The translations under genes were made by a program, and so were the position numbers. A DNA stretch of 63,591 nt, the filler included, from Reticulomyxa filosa (Eukaryota; Protista; Foraminifera): NCBI GenBank assembly GCA_000512085.1. It is 15 parts of 15 records of this genome, joined end to end, with 100 filler letters (N's around TTAATTAATTAA, not from the genome) between each part and the next. Parts side by side here need not be neighbours in the genome. Positions count along the whole stretch, not along the records: positions 47,714 to 52,250 come from ASPP01037041.1; positions 52,351 to 54,323 come from ASPP01029310.1; positions 54,424 to 58,252 come from ASPP01009319.1; positions 58,353 to 59,528 come from ASPP01040279.1; positions 59,629 to 60,851 come from ASPP01005880.1; positions 60,952 to 63,591 come from ASPP01010804.1; 9 more parts are not named here. One strand, 5' to 3'. The notes beneath the pieces are model-generated. The model had not been told where the DNA came from, did not search any database, and saw only the letters and a list, made by a program, of their open reading frames with translations. Position 1 is the stretch's first letter. Every line of letters starts with the position of its first letter. Shown here one piece after another: positions 50,811 to 63,591 of this stretch.

Positions 50811-52030
50811 ATGAGCAACCAAACCTTTCAAACTTTAAAGGAGTTACCCATTCCATTCATTGAACCTCAATGTGTGCTACACAAACACGAAATCCTCATT
50901 TGTGGAGGTTACAAACAAACAGCTTGTTATTCTTATCATACACTCAAAAACGAATACAAGTTTATCTGTGAGTATCCAAGAGACATTAAATTAGATGGAC
51001 ACTGTGTAGTGAAACTAGATAACAGCAATAAAGACAGAAATCAAATCAATTTGTTGTCTTTTGGTGGATCGGAATATACAACACGGCATACATTGGTGAT
51101 GAAATATGTAAGTATTTGGAGTAATATATCAGATATATCAAAAAAATCAAATGAATTCAACAATTACAATCAATGGGTTCCTTTCAAAAACAATCACGAT
51201 CAGCCCATTATCATTTCAAGATCTACTAATAGTTGTCGAGGAGCGCGTGCAGTGATCGGTGGAATCAACAATAATTTGTTATTTATCACTAATTATTTTA
51301 ATGAGATTAATGTGTTTGATTTAAATAAATTTAAATTTATTAAATATGGTAAATTACCAATTTATAATCCAATATGCTATCATTGCTTTGTATCAAATTC
51401 AGAAAATGGACAAGGACAAGAGAATAAACAAAATAATCAAATGCTGTTGTTTAAAAAAAATATAGGATTATTAATTGAATATGATGAAGATGAAAACACT
51501 TTTCAATTCCATGAACTACCTGTTTGTGACGCTATTGCATCATTCTATGCATATGCATATGTATGTATCAATGATGCTATATTCTTCTTTGGTGGATATG
51601 ATTGGAATAACGATAAACATATTTTTTCAAAATCAGTGCACAAGTATTCAATTCGAGAAAACAAATGGACGACATTTAAAAATACTTTACCCAGTCCATT
51701 ATATAATCTTGTTGCAATATTGAATGAAGAAGGCAATAATATGCACATCATTGGAGGACTAGATGATAAAATCACAGGAAGATCAACCCATATGAAGACT
51801 AAAGTGCGTGTATGGGACGCTTCACATTTGGTAATGATTTGTTTATTTATTATTTATTTATTTTGATAAAACACAAATAAATTGTATTTTGTAACACTGA
51901 TTGGCAAATTATAAATAATGAATAGTCAAAAAATGAAATAAAATTGATTATTGAATATTGGAATCGAACTTTAAAGATAAAATTAGGATGGATCGATGAT
52001 TTTGATAAGATTATTATAAAATACAGTTGA
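50811..52030 (+). CDS. Kelch-like beta-propeller protein with C-terminal LGWIDDF module
   Basis: Kelch-type motifs ILICGGY, LLSFGG, IFFFGGY...VHKYSIRENKW and MHIIGG. Phase-0 intron 51831-51925. Last exon 51926-52030. Confidence 0.85.
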
Positions 52031-52350
52031 AAGAAATAAATTACTATATAAAGAGATAATTAATTTTTCCATAAAGATGAATTTAAAATATCCGCAAATA
52101 ACGTCTTTTTAAATATGGTTTTGATTTCGCATTTGTGAACCATACATTGACTAAGTTGATGCATTTCAATAACGTTTGTAACAATTTTTGCTTTTGTTTT
52201 AAAGCAATTAAATTTGTAAAGACCACTAAATGACAAACAATCAAAGTGTTNNNNNNNNNNNNNNNNNNNNNNNNNNNNNNNNNNNNNNNNNNNNTTAATT
52301 AATTAANNNNNNNNNNNNNNNNNNNNNNNNNNNNNNNNNNNNNNNNNNNN

Positions 52351-54062
52351 ATACATGTGTCTTGGTTTTATCTAGGTCCTCGTTGTCTTTCTCGGCTATC
52401 ACCTGCGCCAACTTGTCGAAGAACCGTTTTGCATCCGAATGCCACCCGCCTGTCGTTTCAGCAATGATAGGAGTGTACGATTTGTCCGCTTGTTCGCAAC
52501 GGAGACGGTGCTTTCTTATCTTTGTTCTGTAGTATGTTTCTAGTGCCCATTTGTCGTTGTCAATAATCGTTTGTGTGCTTGAATAGGTGAAATGTTGGTG
52601 CGTAATGCCGATGTCAATGCATTTTTCATCGAAGGGGTCGTCAAACCACTTCAAACAGATGTCACCGGGTCTGTGGTGCGTTATATCATTAGCTCGGACC
52701 TCTAGGTCATGTGGAATATTTGCTCGCTTAAGAAGATTGGATATGCAAGCGACTATCCCATCATGACGGGCGACCCGGCCTTTCCCGAAACGGCATGAGA
52801 GTGCATGGTTCCCGAGGAAATCCATTGGCGTGATACAAGCTGGATTGGACTGGCATTGGCTTTTAAACGTTTGTTTCATTCAGAGACGGAACCGCAAAAG
52901 CGCGCGGAGTTCCCTGTTATCAAGTAGCGTGCGCCTGAATTTATTGGGGAGGGCGTTGAGATAGTTGGATGCATGCGGCTTGGAAATAGCCTTGGCGAGA
53001 ATCCGTTGCTCGTCTGTTCGTTTGTTATGGAGTTCCTTTTGGATCCGCGAGTTAATTTTCTTAGATAGTTGGCTTTGGCTTGGGGCGAAGGTCCAATCTG
53101 TTATGTTGTCTTGTGGTTTTGTGTTTTTGTTGTAGTGCGTGATAGCATCTTCGACTTCGTCTTGGGAGGACCAGTCAACGCCTCGAATGTGTGGATGAAT
53201 TAGAGGTAATTGTTGCTCTGCCGCTAGGGCGGAAGTGATGAAAGCATCGCTCGAGTGCGCGTTTGCGGAATTGATGCCCAGGCCCCCCTTTTTCATTGGT
53301 AATTGGCACTGAAGCCACTGACTATTTGTAAGTTGGCATGAGATGATGGATTCGGTGCAGCGCTTGACATTGTCGTCGAATTGATTGGTCCAGTTATGAG
53401 CGCTCTTCACAAAGTTAGTTCTCATGTGATAGATTGCTTTTGTCGTGTTGAGTGAGTTTCTTAGTAGCAATAACATGGTTTGTGCATGTTTAAGGTTGAG
53501 CAGATTGTTGAATTGGTGATCCCAGTCCCGGAGAACCGTGTCCATCTCCTTCTTTGTGTGTTCGTCATCGCCGATGGGGGCGCCCACGATCGATGTATTG
53601 AATGATTTGTTATGCGGAATCTGGATGAGCCTGTCCGGAGGGGGCGCACTCTCGTCGGCGATCTATTCACATTTGTCAAGGTTGATTCTTGTGCCGTGCG
53701 AGTCGGCTGTTGCAAGTAGCGCCGATACTGCGCGAGAAACGATGTTGGGGTCATCGGCGGCGATGGTCAAATCGTCGTGATAAGCCGCGTGGTATAGATT
53801 TGGAACGGTGGCGAGTGCAAATTTGAGGGCATCGGCGAGAATAATCGCAAAGAAGGTCCCGCCTAAAGGGTCCCCTTGGTGGACGCCGGACCTGGATGGG
53901 ATCGTGTGCCCCGATGGAAGGAAGAGAGGCACGTGTTTTGCGTAGCATCCTCTGGCGTACTCGTATAGCTCCGGGATTCTTTTTCGCCCCAGATCCAAGA
54001 GTTTTCGTCGTTTGCAAGAATTGAAAGCGTTCTGAAAGTCGATTTTAACAGCTACGCCTTGT
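52351..54062 (-). mobile_element. CRE-like non-LTR retrotransposon (RT + restriction-like endonuclease); 5'-truncated, 3' end in gap
   Basis: RT motifs KIDFQNAFNS, SGVHQGDPLG, AYHDD, GAPIG and LPMKKGGLGI. Cys/His finger C..C...HALSC. RLE motifs RHD, RPGDI, CIDI and PIIAETTGGW. One reading frame with stops at 53663 and 52880. GC is clearly higher than the flanks. Confidence 0.92.
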
Positions 54063-54423
54063 TTGTTTTTTTGTATCTTATTGTTGTAATATAAATCGCG
54101 CTTTTTTTTATGTCATCGGTTGTTACCACCATTTGTTTTATGTGTGATATTGTTGAATTCCTTTTATTTAATCTTTTTACTTTACTTGTTAATTTTTGTT
54201 ATATTGCAATAGCGATATTTATTGCTGATGGCTAACAAACGTGATGTTAGTTTGTCAGTATTGATTAATATATGATTATCATGAATTTCATTTATGGGTC
54301 TCAAACTTTTACAAGAAGCAGAANNNNNNNNNNNNNNNNNNNNNNNNNNNNNNNNNNNNNNNNNNNNTTAATTAATTAANNNNNNNNNNNNNNNNNNNNN
54401 NNNNNNNNNNNNNNNNNNNNNNN

Positions 54424-54463
<40 letters not shown>

Positions 54464-54892
54464 GCATGCGGATGCAACGGACAGCTCCCACAAAATTGCG
54501 AGAACAAATTTGTCAGTCATTGATAACGATTTTCGAAAGCATATCTCCACTGTCCGAAGACAAGAAGAGTGACAAATTGCAACGTGATGAAGTCGAGAAG
54601 AAACAAAAGTTTTGTACATTTTGGGAAAAGTGACACCGAGTTGTCACTTGCAACTACGTTCATTGGAGTGCACGCACAATAAGAGAAACATCCACCCTCT
54701 CCTTGTCAAACCTAATTTGGAATTGGAAATACCTTTGTCTACCACAAATGCAACACAACAACACAATAGTCAAAATGAAAAGGCAAAGACAAATGAAACA
54801 ACATTACCTGACAAAGTTTCGATTGTGTTTGTTCGTGTTGTTTCCAATTTTGTTTGAGTGATTGTGGACGTGTGTACCTTGTGATTAGACAA

Positions 54893-57800
54893 TGAACGAA
54901 AGCGAAATCAAACAAGCAAAGAGGAAGAAGAAGAAGAAGAAGAAGAAGAAAAGATCCAAATGAAAAAAAAAAAAAAACTTCAAATAAGTGTAAATGCTCC
55001 ATCTCCCGTTGTAAATCAAGCGAGGCCATTGTTCTATTTGAATATTGAAACAGATAACAATCCAAATGCAATGAATAACAATTATCAACATCACAAAAGA
55101 CACAAACACCAAGGAGTGAATGCATATTGGAACGAATTGTTGAAATCGCAAAGCAAAAATGCGCACGTAGGTATAGCGCCCATCATTCCCACCCAACGGA
55201 GTTGTCCCAACGATGACGAGCGTGAGTACTGGAATTTGTACTACACGATTTTCAATCTCGTGGAAGAATGGTCCCATCACACGCAATGCACTCACTTTTG
55301 CTACGAATTGATCATCAAAATGACTTGTTGTGCCAACATTCCTTTTTATTACCACGTGTTGCGCTACAAGCCGGTGAGTCGATCTGGATATTATTTGCCA
55401 CACGAATACGATGTCTATCGTCGTAGATACACTTCGGAGTTGCGATCTAACCAAGCCAATGAAAATGTCAAACACGATGATCGAGCTGCTCCCTCGGATT
55501 TCCCTCTCAACATTGTTATTCATCCCTCTTCTGTCAACCACGACCGTAAGCAGCCTCCGACAGACAGTGATAATCCATTGCCTCGCGCCCCAGAACTAAC
55601 ACCGGCGGGACATTTGAAAGCATTGACCTTTCGTCCAGACGAGTCGTACTTTATCAATCACTTGGCTAAATTCTTAACACAGAACCACAATAAAAAGAAT
55701 GTGTTGGAATTAATTTTGCAAATGATGACGTTTGTAAAAAAAAATTCTTTCTTTGGGTGCTCACTCACATCTTTTTTTTTTTTTTTTTTTTTTTTTCCCA
55801 ACTCTTTTTCTTTTTGTTTGTTCCACATGTACATGCCCGCATGTAACAAAGGGAACTTCCTCAAGATTTTATTGATGCAGATGTGAAGTGGTATGAAGAA
55901 CTGTCTCGCTATTTGCGCCAAAAAATAGCCGAAAACATATCGTTGATACCAGAAAATCAATTTGAGGAGTACGTTGACATTGCGGCTAAAATCTTCCTTG
56001 CAGATGGACAAAGAGATATTCCAAACTACTTTGTACCCGTTATCAAAGATCTCTTGGAAGCCAACTCTTTGGTGGAACGAATCATTGGTATGAAAACATT
56101 GCAATTGGCTGTCAAACTGTTTGGACCGAGACTTGGCCCGTTTAATTCGGAATTGGGTCCAGTGCTTTCACCGTTTGAAATTTTTTTTTTTTTTTTTGTC
56201 CCTCCCTTCCTTTTTTTTTTAAAAAATATTTTTTTATTTTTAAACTGAATAGATATTTTTCATATAATGACAACGAGATGTTTTTACATATCGCTTTGGA
56301 ATGCTGGCCCATTGTTCGTTCGCCATCGAGTCACATTGAAAATATCCACAACGAAGTAGTGAAAATGGTTGAACTGATGCAACACAGCGATGAAAATATC
56401 GCGAAAATGGCGGCACGCAATCTACACGATTACGTCATTATTGACTTTGAACGACATCTCATCCCTGTGGTGTTACGTGTGTGTGTGTGTGTGTATGTGT
56501 ACTATCATTTTTTACTGTAGTGCATTCCAACAACAATAACAACATGCACTATTGTGCATACGTATAATAACATGTACAAACCACACAGGAGCTCGTTGAT
56601 CTCGCCAATGCGTGATTTTGAACAGTACGAAGTCGAATATTTGCAAAACACTGTGAACACACTAAAAAAAATAATGAATGCTTTGAGCGTGCACTTTTTG
56701 AAAAAAGAAAAGGCAAATGAAAATATGGTGAATCATCAAGCGAATAAACATTCGGCGACGTCGGTGGGATCGATGGACGGGACAACAACTCACGAGAGCT
56801 ACTGGAGTCCACCCAATGCGACCAAGATTGGACCGGACCAAAATCCTCACACGAACAAATGGGGAGGGGACGAAGAAGAAGACGAGGGACAGAGTGACAC
56901 AAACGAAGACGATGATGGCCGTATCATGTCAGGTCCGACTATGGGCTTGACGCTGCACGAGACCAAGACTCCCCATGGCAAAGCTGCTCACAATCGTTTG
57001 AAAAAGTTTCAAAATGCTGAAAATCAAAAAGCTCCGTCTTTGCAGCAAATGTGGCCACATATTCGTCAATTGATGGAAGGATATATTTTATTATGGTATT
57101 GCCATCCAGATGAACAAGTGAGTATTTTTGACTCCATTGTTTTCGCACACACACACACATACTTTGACATATACGTATGTACATATATACATATATGTAC
57201 ATATATGTATATGTATAAAATAAGGTTCGTATTATCTTGAAAGAGCTATTGCAAGCAGTTACCAACGATGTGATTGTGCGCAATATTGATGACTTTCACA
57301 CTGCGCCATCCATTGTCAGATATCTTGGACGAGGACCGTTAGAAACGAAAAGTAAGGATTGGAGTAGAAACAAGCCGCCTGAGGAACAGTGGAGAATCGG
57401 CAAAGCATTCGGCCAAGGACTCAACACATTCGATAAAGCATTGGAACGAATGCTGTTGAAACGAAGAAGTGGTTTTGAAGGTGTGTTGCTTCTCTTTTGA
57501 TGTATCACGACTCACTTGAGGCTACTTTGCAGCGGCAATGATATGTACCTTATTACTATTACTTGCAATAGGGCTATTGAACTGGACTTTTCGACGAATC
57601 AATCCTCAATTGACGCCGTTTTTAAATTGGCTAATGAATTTGCAAAATGGACAGTCGAACGCGCATTCCGAGGACAGTGATTGGTTTCTCTTGTGGAAAA
57701 ATCGCTGGCGATTAATGTGTTTAAGTCTTCGCATCGACGAATCGTTTTACTCCCAAGATGCCCCTGCGGCTCGTCGTGGCCAAGTCTATGGTTTGAGCGA

Positions 57801-58180
57801 TGCCTCACGGGGATTGGGTGGACCGTTGCTATTAGATTCGCACCTGTTCCCCAAGTCCGGAGGGCCTTCATTATTTTTTGCCGAAGAAATCAATCAGAAA
57901 GACACACGTCAACACGAGGACGCTCACGAAGCCACAAAGGGCGGCACAAGCCGATTCATTGCGGCAAACTTTCATCAAGATGACGAACAAGATCCATATG
58001 TCAATGATTTGATCGCAAATGCAAATGCAAATGCAAATCTCCAGAACGATATTATGTCACCGCGTCCATTGTCCACTGATGGATATTTCCGTCCTCATCA
58101 AATTACAATGTTTTTATCTCCGATGAAAAAAATTCAAGTGCCAAAGCATGAATTATTTTCATTTTTTGATAAAGTTGGGC
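54893..58180 (+). CDS. Furry/MOR2/TAO3-like HEAT-repeat scaffold, N-terminal part, multi-exon
   Basis: Ordered similarity to the Furry N-terminal region: ERIIGMKTLQL, FLHIALECWPIV, LMQHSDENIAKMAARNLHDY, MEGYILLWYCHPDEQVR..LKEL and LWKNRWRLMC. Recognised from memory, not by search. Confidence 0.55.
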
Positions 58181-59628
58181 TATTTTTTTTTTTTTTTTTT
58201 AAAGTAAATGACAATTTGATAAATTGTTTTTAAATGGAAAAAAAAAAAAAAANNNNNNNNNNNNNNNNNNNNNNNNNNNNNNNNNNNNNNNNNNNNTTAA
58301 TTAATTAANNNNNNNNNNNNNNNNNNNNNNNNNNNNNNNNNNNNNNNNNNNNTTTCTTTGTTAATTATATCTATCAATTATCCAGATAACAACAAGTATG
58401 TGACAATCTAGTAAAATAAGCTATGCTAATATTAATGATACCAAAGACAGTAAAACTAGTTTTACTATGTTAACTTAACCAAGCACGTTCAAATGATTTT
58501 TTGTCCAGGTTAAAGTTTGTATTTTGTTATTTACATTGAGTTCTAAACAGAAAAATCAAAAATATCTCAGGATCACAAAGAGAATTAGGTGGTAAATCTC
58601 CTTTAATAATGTTTGACAAGTTTGTAGTAATGGTACTCGTGTTTTTAGAAAATTTATTACAGCAAATATCGTCATTCAACGTTGATAATCCGCAATTAAC
58701 AAGGTTTATAAAAGATTGAAATGAAACTTACCAATGCAATTTGCGTTAAAACCTCGAAGTCGTCATTCTTCAACACCTTTTGATTTTGCACTTAAGATTT
58801 TATTAGAAGTAAGATGAAACTATTTAAACTTTTTTTCTCTAGAGTCAGAATAAATTAATAGATTGCACATTTTTTTATGTTGACTTAGCTTAGCAAAGGA
58901 TGTGGTATGTTTTATACCGTTAGAATGGAGTCGCAATGATTTTAATGCTATTTTTTTTTATTTAGATCACAATCATTTTTTCTTTTAAAAAAAAATTTTT
59001 TCAGCCCTGCCGCTCGTCATTTTTGCACCAAAATCATCAATTTTTTTCTTCATAATGACGAATTCCAAAAGCAAAAGGAAAAGAAAATATATTCATCGAA
59101 GTGCTTAGATGTGAATAAAAATTCTTCGAACACTTGGTAATTTGCCAGCAATAATTTGTTCAGAGAACATCAAAAATCCGCGAATTTTTCGAAAGCAAAT
59201 TTTTTTCATGCAAAAAATCTTATTGAAAACTTTGTTTTTATTTTTTGTTCTTGTGATTCAAATTTGTTTGATACTTCCAAGTCATGCGACTCTGTGTGTC
59301 AAAACTGCAAACGTTATGCACGAGAAAAAAATTTTATCGTATGTAGTTGATTTTAAAACAACAAAACTCGCAAAAAACGCCAAAAGTGCTAAAGTTGAAC
59401 TCAGGGAGAAGTTTGACATACACACGTTGAAAAAAGCAAATAATCTGATAAACTTGCAAAAAATGTCTCAAAAACCTTGTTCAGACGCGCAACTGCAATC
59501 CATTACGTTTGCATTCGAAACAGCCGGANNNNNNNNNNNNNNNNNNNNNNNNNNNNNNNNNNNNNNNNNNNNTTAATTAATTAANNNNNNNNNNNNNNNN
59601 NNNNNNNNNNNNNNNNNNNNNNNNNNNN

Positions 59629-59666
<38 letters not shown>

Positions 59667-59680
59667 AGTGTTAAGCGTCA

Positions 59681-60728
59681 TTAGGGACAATTGTCGTTGT
59701 CCTGACATTTTTGGGAATCTTCTTGTTGGCTATGGAAAAGATGATTATTGGAGTTGGACCCGGATGGAAAGTTGTGAATTAGAGGAACATTGTTATTATG
59801 ATTGCCATTGCCAGTGGCGATTAAAGGTAGATTAGCACGAGCATGTAAGGTTCCCATAACAAAGCCCAAGATTTCATGTCGAAAGTGTGCAAGAGTGTGT
59901 TCATTCAAAGATGTTTTGGACTCTTCGACGACTTCGGTGCCAAGAGCCAAAGGTTTGATCCCCCATTTTTGTACCTTTTGAGTGTTGCTATCAATGAATT
60001 TTTTTACAGCGTTATCGGCCAATTGAATCAAGGCCATTCTTTCTACGTGTTGATGATCCTCAACCAATTTCTCAATGTCAATACTACTTTTGTAATTCAT
60101 TTGCTCCATCTGCAAGCGCATGTTCAATTCGTTTTCCAGTTGCGTCACATGTAGCTTTTTCCACTCGTTATACGTCTGACAGAACAATCGCAGCTCTTCC
60201 ACGTTCCATAAAAACAGTAAGCCGCTCAACAATACCAACAATAACACCAACAAACAATAACATTGACAAACTGGCAGTGTTCGCATGCAACTGCTCCAAT
60301 TGCAACTGCAACTGCAACTGTTCTTCACCAATTCATTACAAAATCCACCACAATTTCGACCCATCCATGCTCCAATCATTTCATCGTCCGACTGGTCACT
60401 AGCTTCATCATTTGCATTTGCATTTTCTTTTTTTCTTTTTTTTTTTCTTTTTATCATCTCGACTTGGACTTGTTGGTCCATCCTGCTTGCACACCTTGTC
60501 TTTGTATGTTTTTTTGATCTCTTCCATTTTATCTGTTACAACCCTCATCACCTGGGCACAATCGCCACACATATCCCGTTCTTGCTTGTTGTTACCACTC
60601 TCGTCTTCTTTATGATCACTTGATGTGCATTTCTTCTTTATAAAGGATCGCACACTGTTCACGGATTTTTTCACATCCTCCACAAATGGCGAATTTGCCG
60701 AGGCCGCGATCACATCAAATGACGACAT
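59681..60728 (-). CDS. Single-TM coiled-coil protein with Cys-rich juxtamembrane segment
   Basis: ORFs 60728-60408 and 60481-59681 can be joined at the poly-A run. Sequence CSCSCNWSSC...CQCYC, then LLVLLLVLLSGLLFLW, then a coiled coil. Confidence 0.55.
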
Positions 60729-61039
60729 TGTGCGTTTGAATTCTTGAATTTTTTTTTTTTTTTGACGACAGATATTCCCTGTCGTTTTTTTTTGGTTTCT
60801 TTTATGTTATTTGTCATTTTGGGACTGGAGGAGAAAATTGTCACGTTGTCGNNNNNNNNNNNNNNNNNNNNNNNNNNNNNNNNNNNNNNNNNNNNTTAAT
60901 TAATTAANNNNNNNNNNNNNNNNNNNNNNNNNNNNNNNNNNNNNNNNNNNNACAATCATTTGTTAAAATGTACGTGCATACGTATATATGACTTTTTTTT
61001 TTTTGTATGCCTTTTTTTTCAGGTATGGCATTTGCAAGT

Positions 61040-61502
61040 GTGCAAAATTAATTACTGTGCTAGATGAAGGAGACACTGGACGAACAGAAACGACGTGCTT
61101 ATTGAATTCAATCGAAGGAAATAGCTTGAAATGCTTTGCATAAGCGTTCAAATAGTTATTGATATCATCTATCGACGCATAATTCGATTTTGTGTTGGTC
61201 GATTGCCACGGGAAACTTGGATAAAACATCGTATATTTTGAAACGTTTGCAAGCAATTGCGGCCAACCGTATCCATCTGCATTTTGTAAATTCCATATTC
61301 CACCAACGCTGTTTGCTGATTCGTACAACGTGACATTTTTAAATCCAACTTCTTGCAGCTCTTTTAAAGCCGACAAACCGCTCCAACCCCCTCCAATTAC
61401 ACATACACTTTCATTCTTTGCGGTAAAACGCCGAAAGCTAATACGTATCAAGCGTTGTTTTGGTCGAATTTTCCGTTGCAATAGTTTGAACCATTTATGC
61501 AT
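61040..61502 (-). CDS. Flavin-containing monooxygenase (FMO), first exon
   Basis: FAD-binding motif VCVIGGGWSGLSALKEL, then YESANSVGGIWN and YLNAYAKHFKL...IEFN. Confidence 0.9.
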
Positions 61503-62397
61503 CCTTTTTGAATACTTGAAAGAATTTTTTGAGTCAAGCAGTTTTTTCCACTGTGCAGAGGGCTACTCACTGACCTAATCACAATTGATTCACTCTGCGT
61601 AAAAGAAACAAGTTAATTGTACCTGATCCAGAACAGGACATGGCACTAATAACATATAACTAAACTCAAAATAAGTTTTTTAAAAAAATTACGAAATATT
61701 GATAATGTTTTTTGCAAATTCTTAATAAAAGGTTAAATTTCATGATTTCTATACATGCACGACTGTCACTTTTTTCAAAATTTAACATCATTTAAAAAAA
61801 TATATAATCATGTAGTTTTTGAATATGATTTCGATTTTTTATTAAATATTTAATTGTTTGAAAATTAGAATATTTTAATTATTTTTTGGAAAATGTTCGG
61901 TAAAAAGTTGACAATACTGCATTTATCGTAACTGTGAAATTTGCAATTTTTTTAAGCATTTTCAGAAAGTGCTCAATTTGTAGATACTTTTAAAAAAATT
62001 AAGTCTAAATGTTGTTTTTTCATTGAGAAAATCAATTATTTCGATAATATATTGTTTTATGTTTAAATCTTCTTTTGCATTATAATATCTTCTTCTGATT
62101 AACGAATACTCAATATTGCTATGCAAATGTCAATACAATGTAATACAATTTTAAAGCTTTTTTCATTCATATAGCTAGCTTGATTATCTACTTTGAAATA
62201 TTAAAATTAATATATTGATATCTAATTTGATCTTCATTAATATTTTTATGCTTTTATCTTTTTAATGCTTTACAAGTCAAGTAGTATCAATACACTTACT
62301 TGTGAATATCTTCAATTTGTTGTTTCTTTTAACAAAAAAGCAATCATAATTTCGAATAAAAAAAAGAATAACAACAGCAACAGATATTTTGTGGTTA

Positions 62398-63530
62398 CTA
62401 TATCTTTTTAAAAGGCGAATATAATATCTTTTGTTGTAACGAATCAAGTAGATTGGGTTGTGCATTGGGACCAACAAGACGGAATTTTTCTGGATAAAGT
62501 GGTTTGGATTTTATCAAAAACTGTCGAACGACATCATCTTTGATTGGTTCGAAATTGGTAAAATCAGGCATGACCTCGATTAATCTAGCAATTTCATCCA
62601 AAATGATTTTGCTGGTGAAAGCGATTTCATTGAATCTAGTGAAAAAATCCATTTCCACAAGGACTTTGTCAATCCAATGAACTTGTTCTTCGTAGGTCAT
62701 TTTATCCAACTTGTTCATGACATCGTTAACATTTGCCCAATAAAATGCAATCAAGCGAGATTGCAATTCACATTGAGAGGGGAAGGACTCTCCAATGCCT
62801 TGTATTCCCACAAATGCTAATGATTTCATATAACATTTTGGTAAAAATGTTAATAAAAATAACAAAAATCGTCTTTCTGATAAAGGTGCGTTCAAAATAC
62901 GATACACAATTTCCCGTGGCAAATAAGGGATATCATTTATTGTTCCATTACAACATATTATGTATGATACATTTTCAAACACAGTCCCATCACTTAGTCT
63001 AACATCTTGTCCGTTGTGCTCGATATGCGTGATTGACCCTTTACGTATATATTTCGAACAACAAAAAGCACACGGATGCATTTGATAAATATAAATACAG
63101 TGTTACAAGTAACCTTTGTATCCTCTGACTTTTCCAATGTTACACCAGTGGTCAAGAGAACGAAAAGGGATCAGAGCAGATGCTCGATGGGTTGGAATTT
63201 CAAATCCATACTTTGATAAATTCGGAAATGTGGAATCACTTGTTTAATGATTTCATTAATGTCGGCGCCTCGATTCAATATTTCATCCATTGGCAAAAAA
63301 GCATTGTCTTTATCGCCTGTTGGTATGAAAAATGGTGCTAATAATATCGGAGTGCGGTACAACATCAATATCTTCTGGCATCCCAAGTGGCAACACAGTT
63401 CCGTCATTTCCATTGCCGAAATGCCGTTGCCAATAACAATCACATTTTTATCCTTTAATTTACTGCCATTGCCATATTGTTTGAAGTCCGGCAAACTCAA
63501 TACTTTACCTTTAAATTTCTCTACTCCGGT
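62398..63530 (-). CDS. Second flavin-containing monooxygenase, C-terminal half
   Basis: Motifs EKFKGKVLSLPDF, NADPH-binding VIVIGNGISAME, VRLSDGT...IICCNG, LAFVGI, CELQSR and FRLVGP. One-base frameshift near 63225. Confidence 0.85.
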
Positions 63531-63591
63531 CTTAATGAGCGAAATAACAACAAATCAAAAAAAAAAAAAAAAAACAAAAAAAAAAAAAAAA

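Noticed and set aside
52880-53665. In-frame TGA/TAG as evidence of an alternative genetic code
   Set aside because: Conserved host genes end normally in TAA or TGA and have no internal stops; these stops are in a truncated transposon copy.
59142-59528. ORF with signal-peptide-like start (MQKILLKTLFLFFVLVIQICLIL)
   Set aside because: Hydrophobicity derives from T-rich sequence, there is no recognisable domain, and the ORF is cut by the gap.
1-63591. tRNA, rRNA, snRNA, CRISPR arrays or prokaryotic operons
   Set aside because: None recognised by eye; the sequence is eukaryotic with spliceosomal introns. A covariance-model search would be needed to exclude small RNAs.

Overview
AT-rich, intron-containing eukaryotic DNA. 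It consists of 15 short assembly fragments joined by an artificial 100-bp spacer (N44-TTAATTAATTAA-N44), so neighbourhood across spacers carries no biological meaning. The gene families (expanded WD40, Kelch and TPR families sharing an 'I-x-LGWIDDF' motif, divergent alpha-tubulin) suggest a foraminiferan such as Reticulomyxa filosa (Rhizaria); this is inference. Many frameshifts sit in homopolymer runs and look like sequencing error. Recognisable genes: mitochondrial 2Fe-2S ferredoxin, a WNK-family kinase, a dually acylated EF-hand protein, a RING-H2 ligase, CYFIP/Sra1, ribosomal protein P0 (uL10), a broken alpha-tubulin, Kelch, WD40 and TPR family members and pseudogenes, a Furry/MOR2-like scaffold, two tandem flavin monooxygenases, and a 5'-truncated CRE-like non-LTR retrotransposon. 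Most interesting: (1) a two-exon gene at 30029-30552 whose spliced product aligns without gaps to the caveolin core, a family usually regarded as limited to animals and choanoflagellates; (2) a 33-aa module on its own exon, placed N-terminal to a WD40 propeller and C-terminal to a Kelch propeller, a candidate shuffled adaptor box; (3) an apparently perfect 302-bp inverted repeat.
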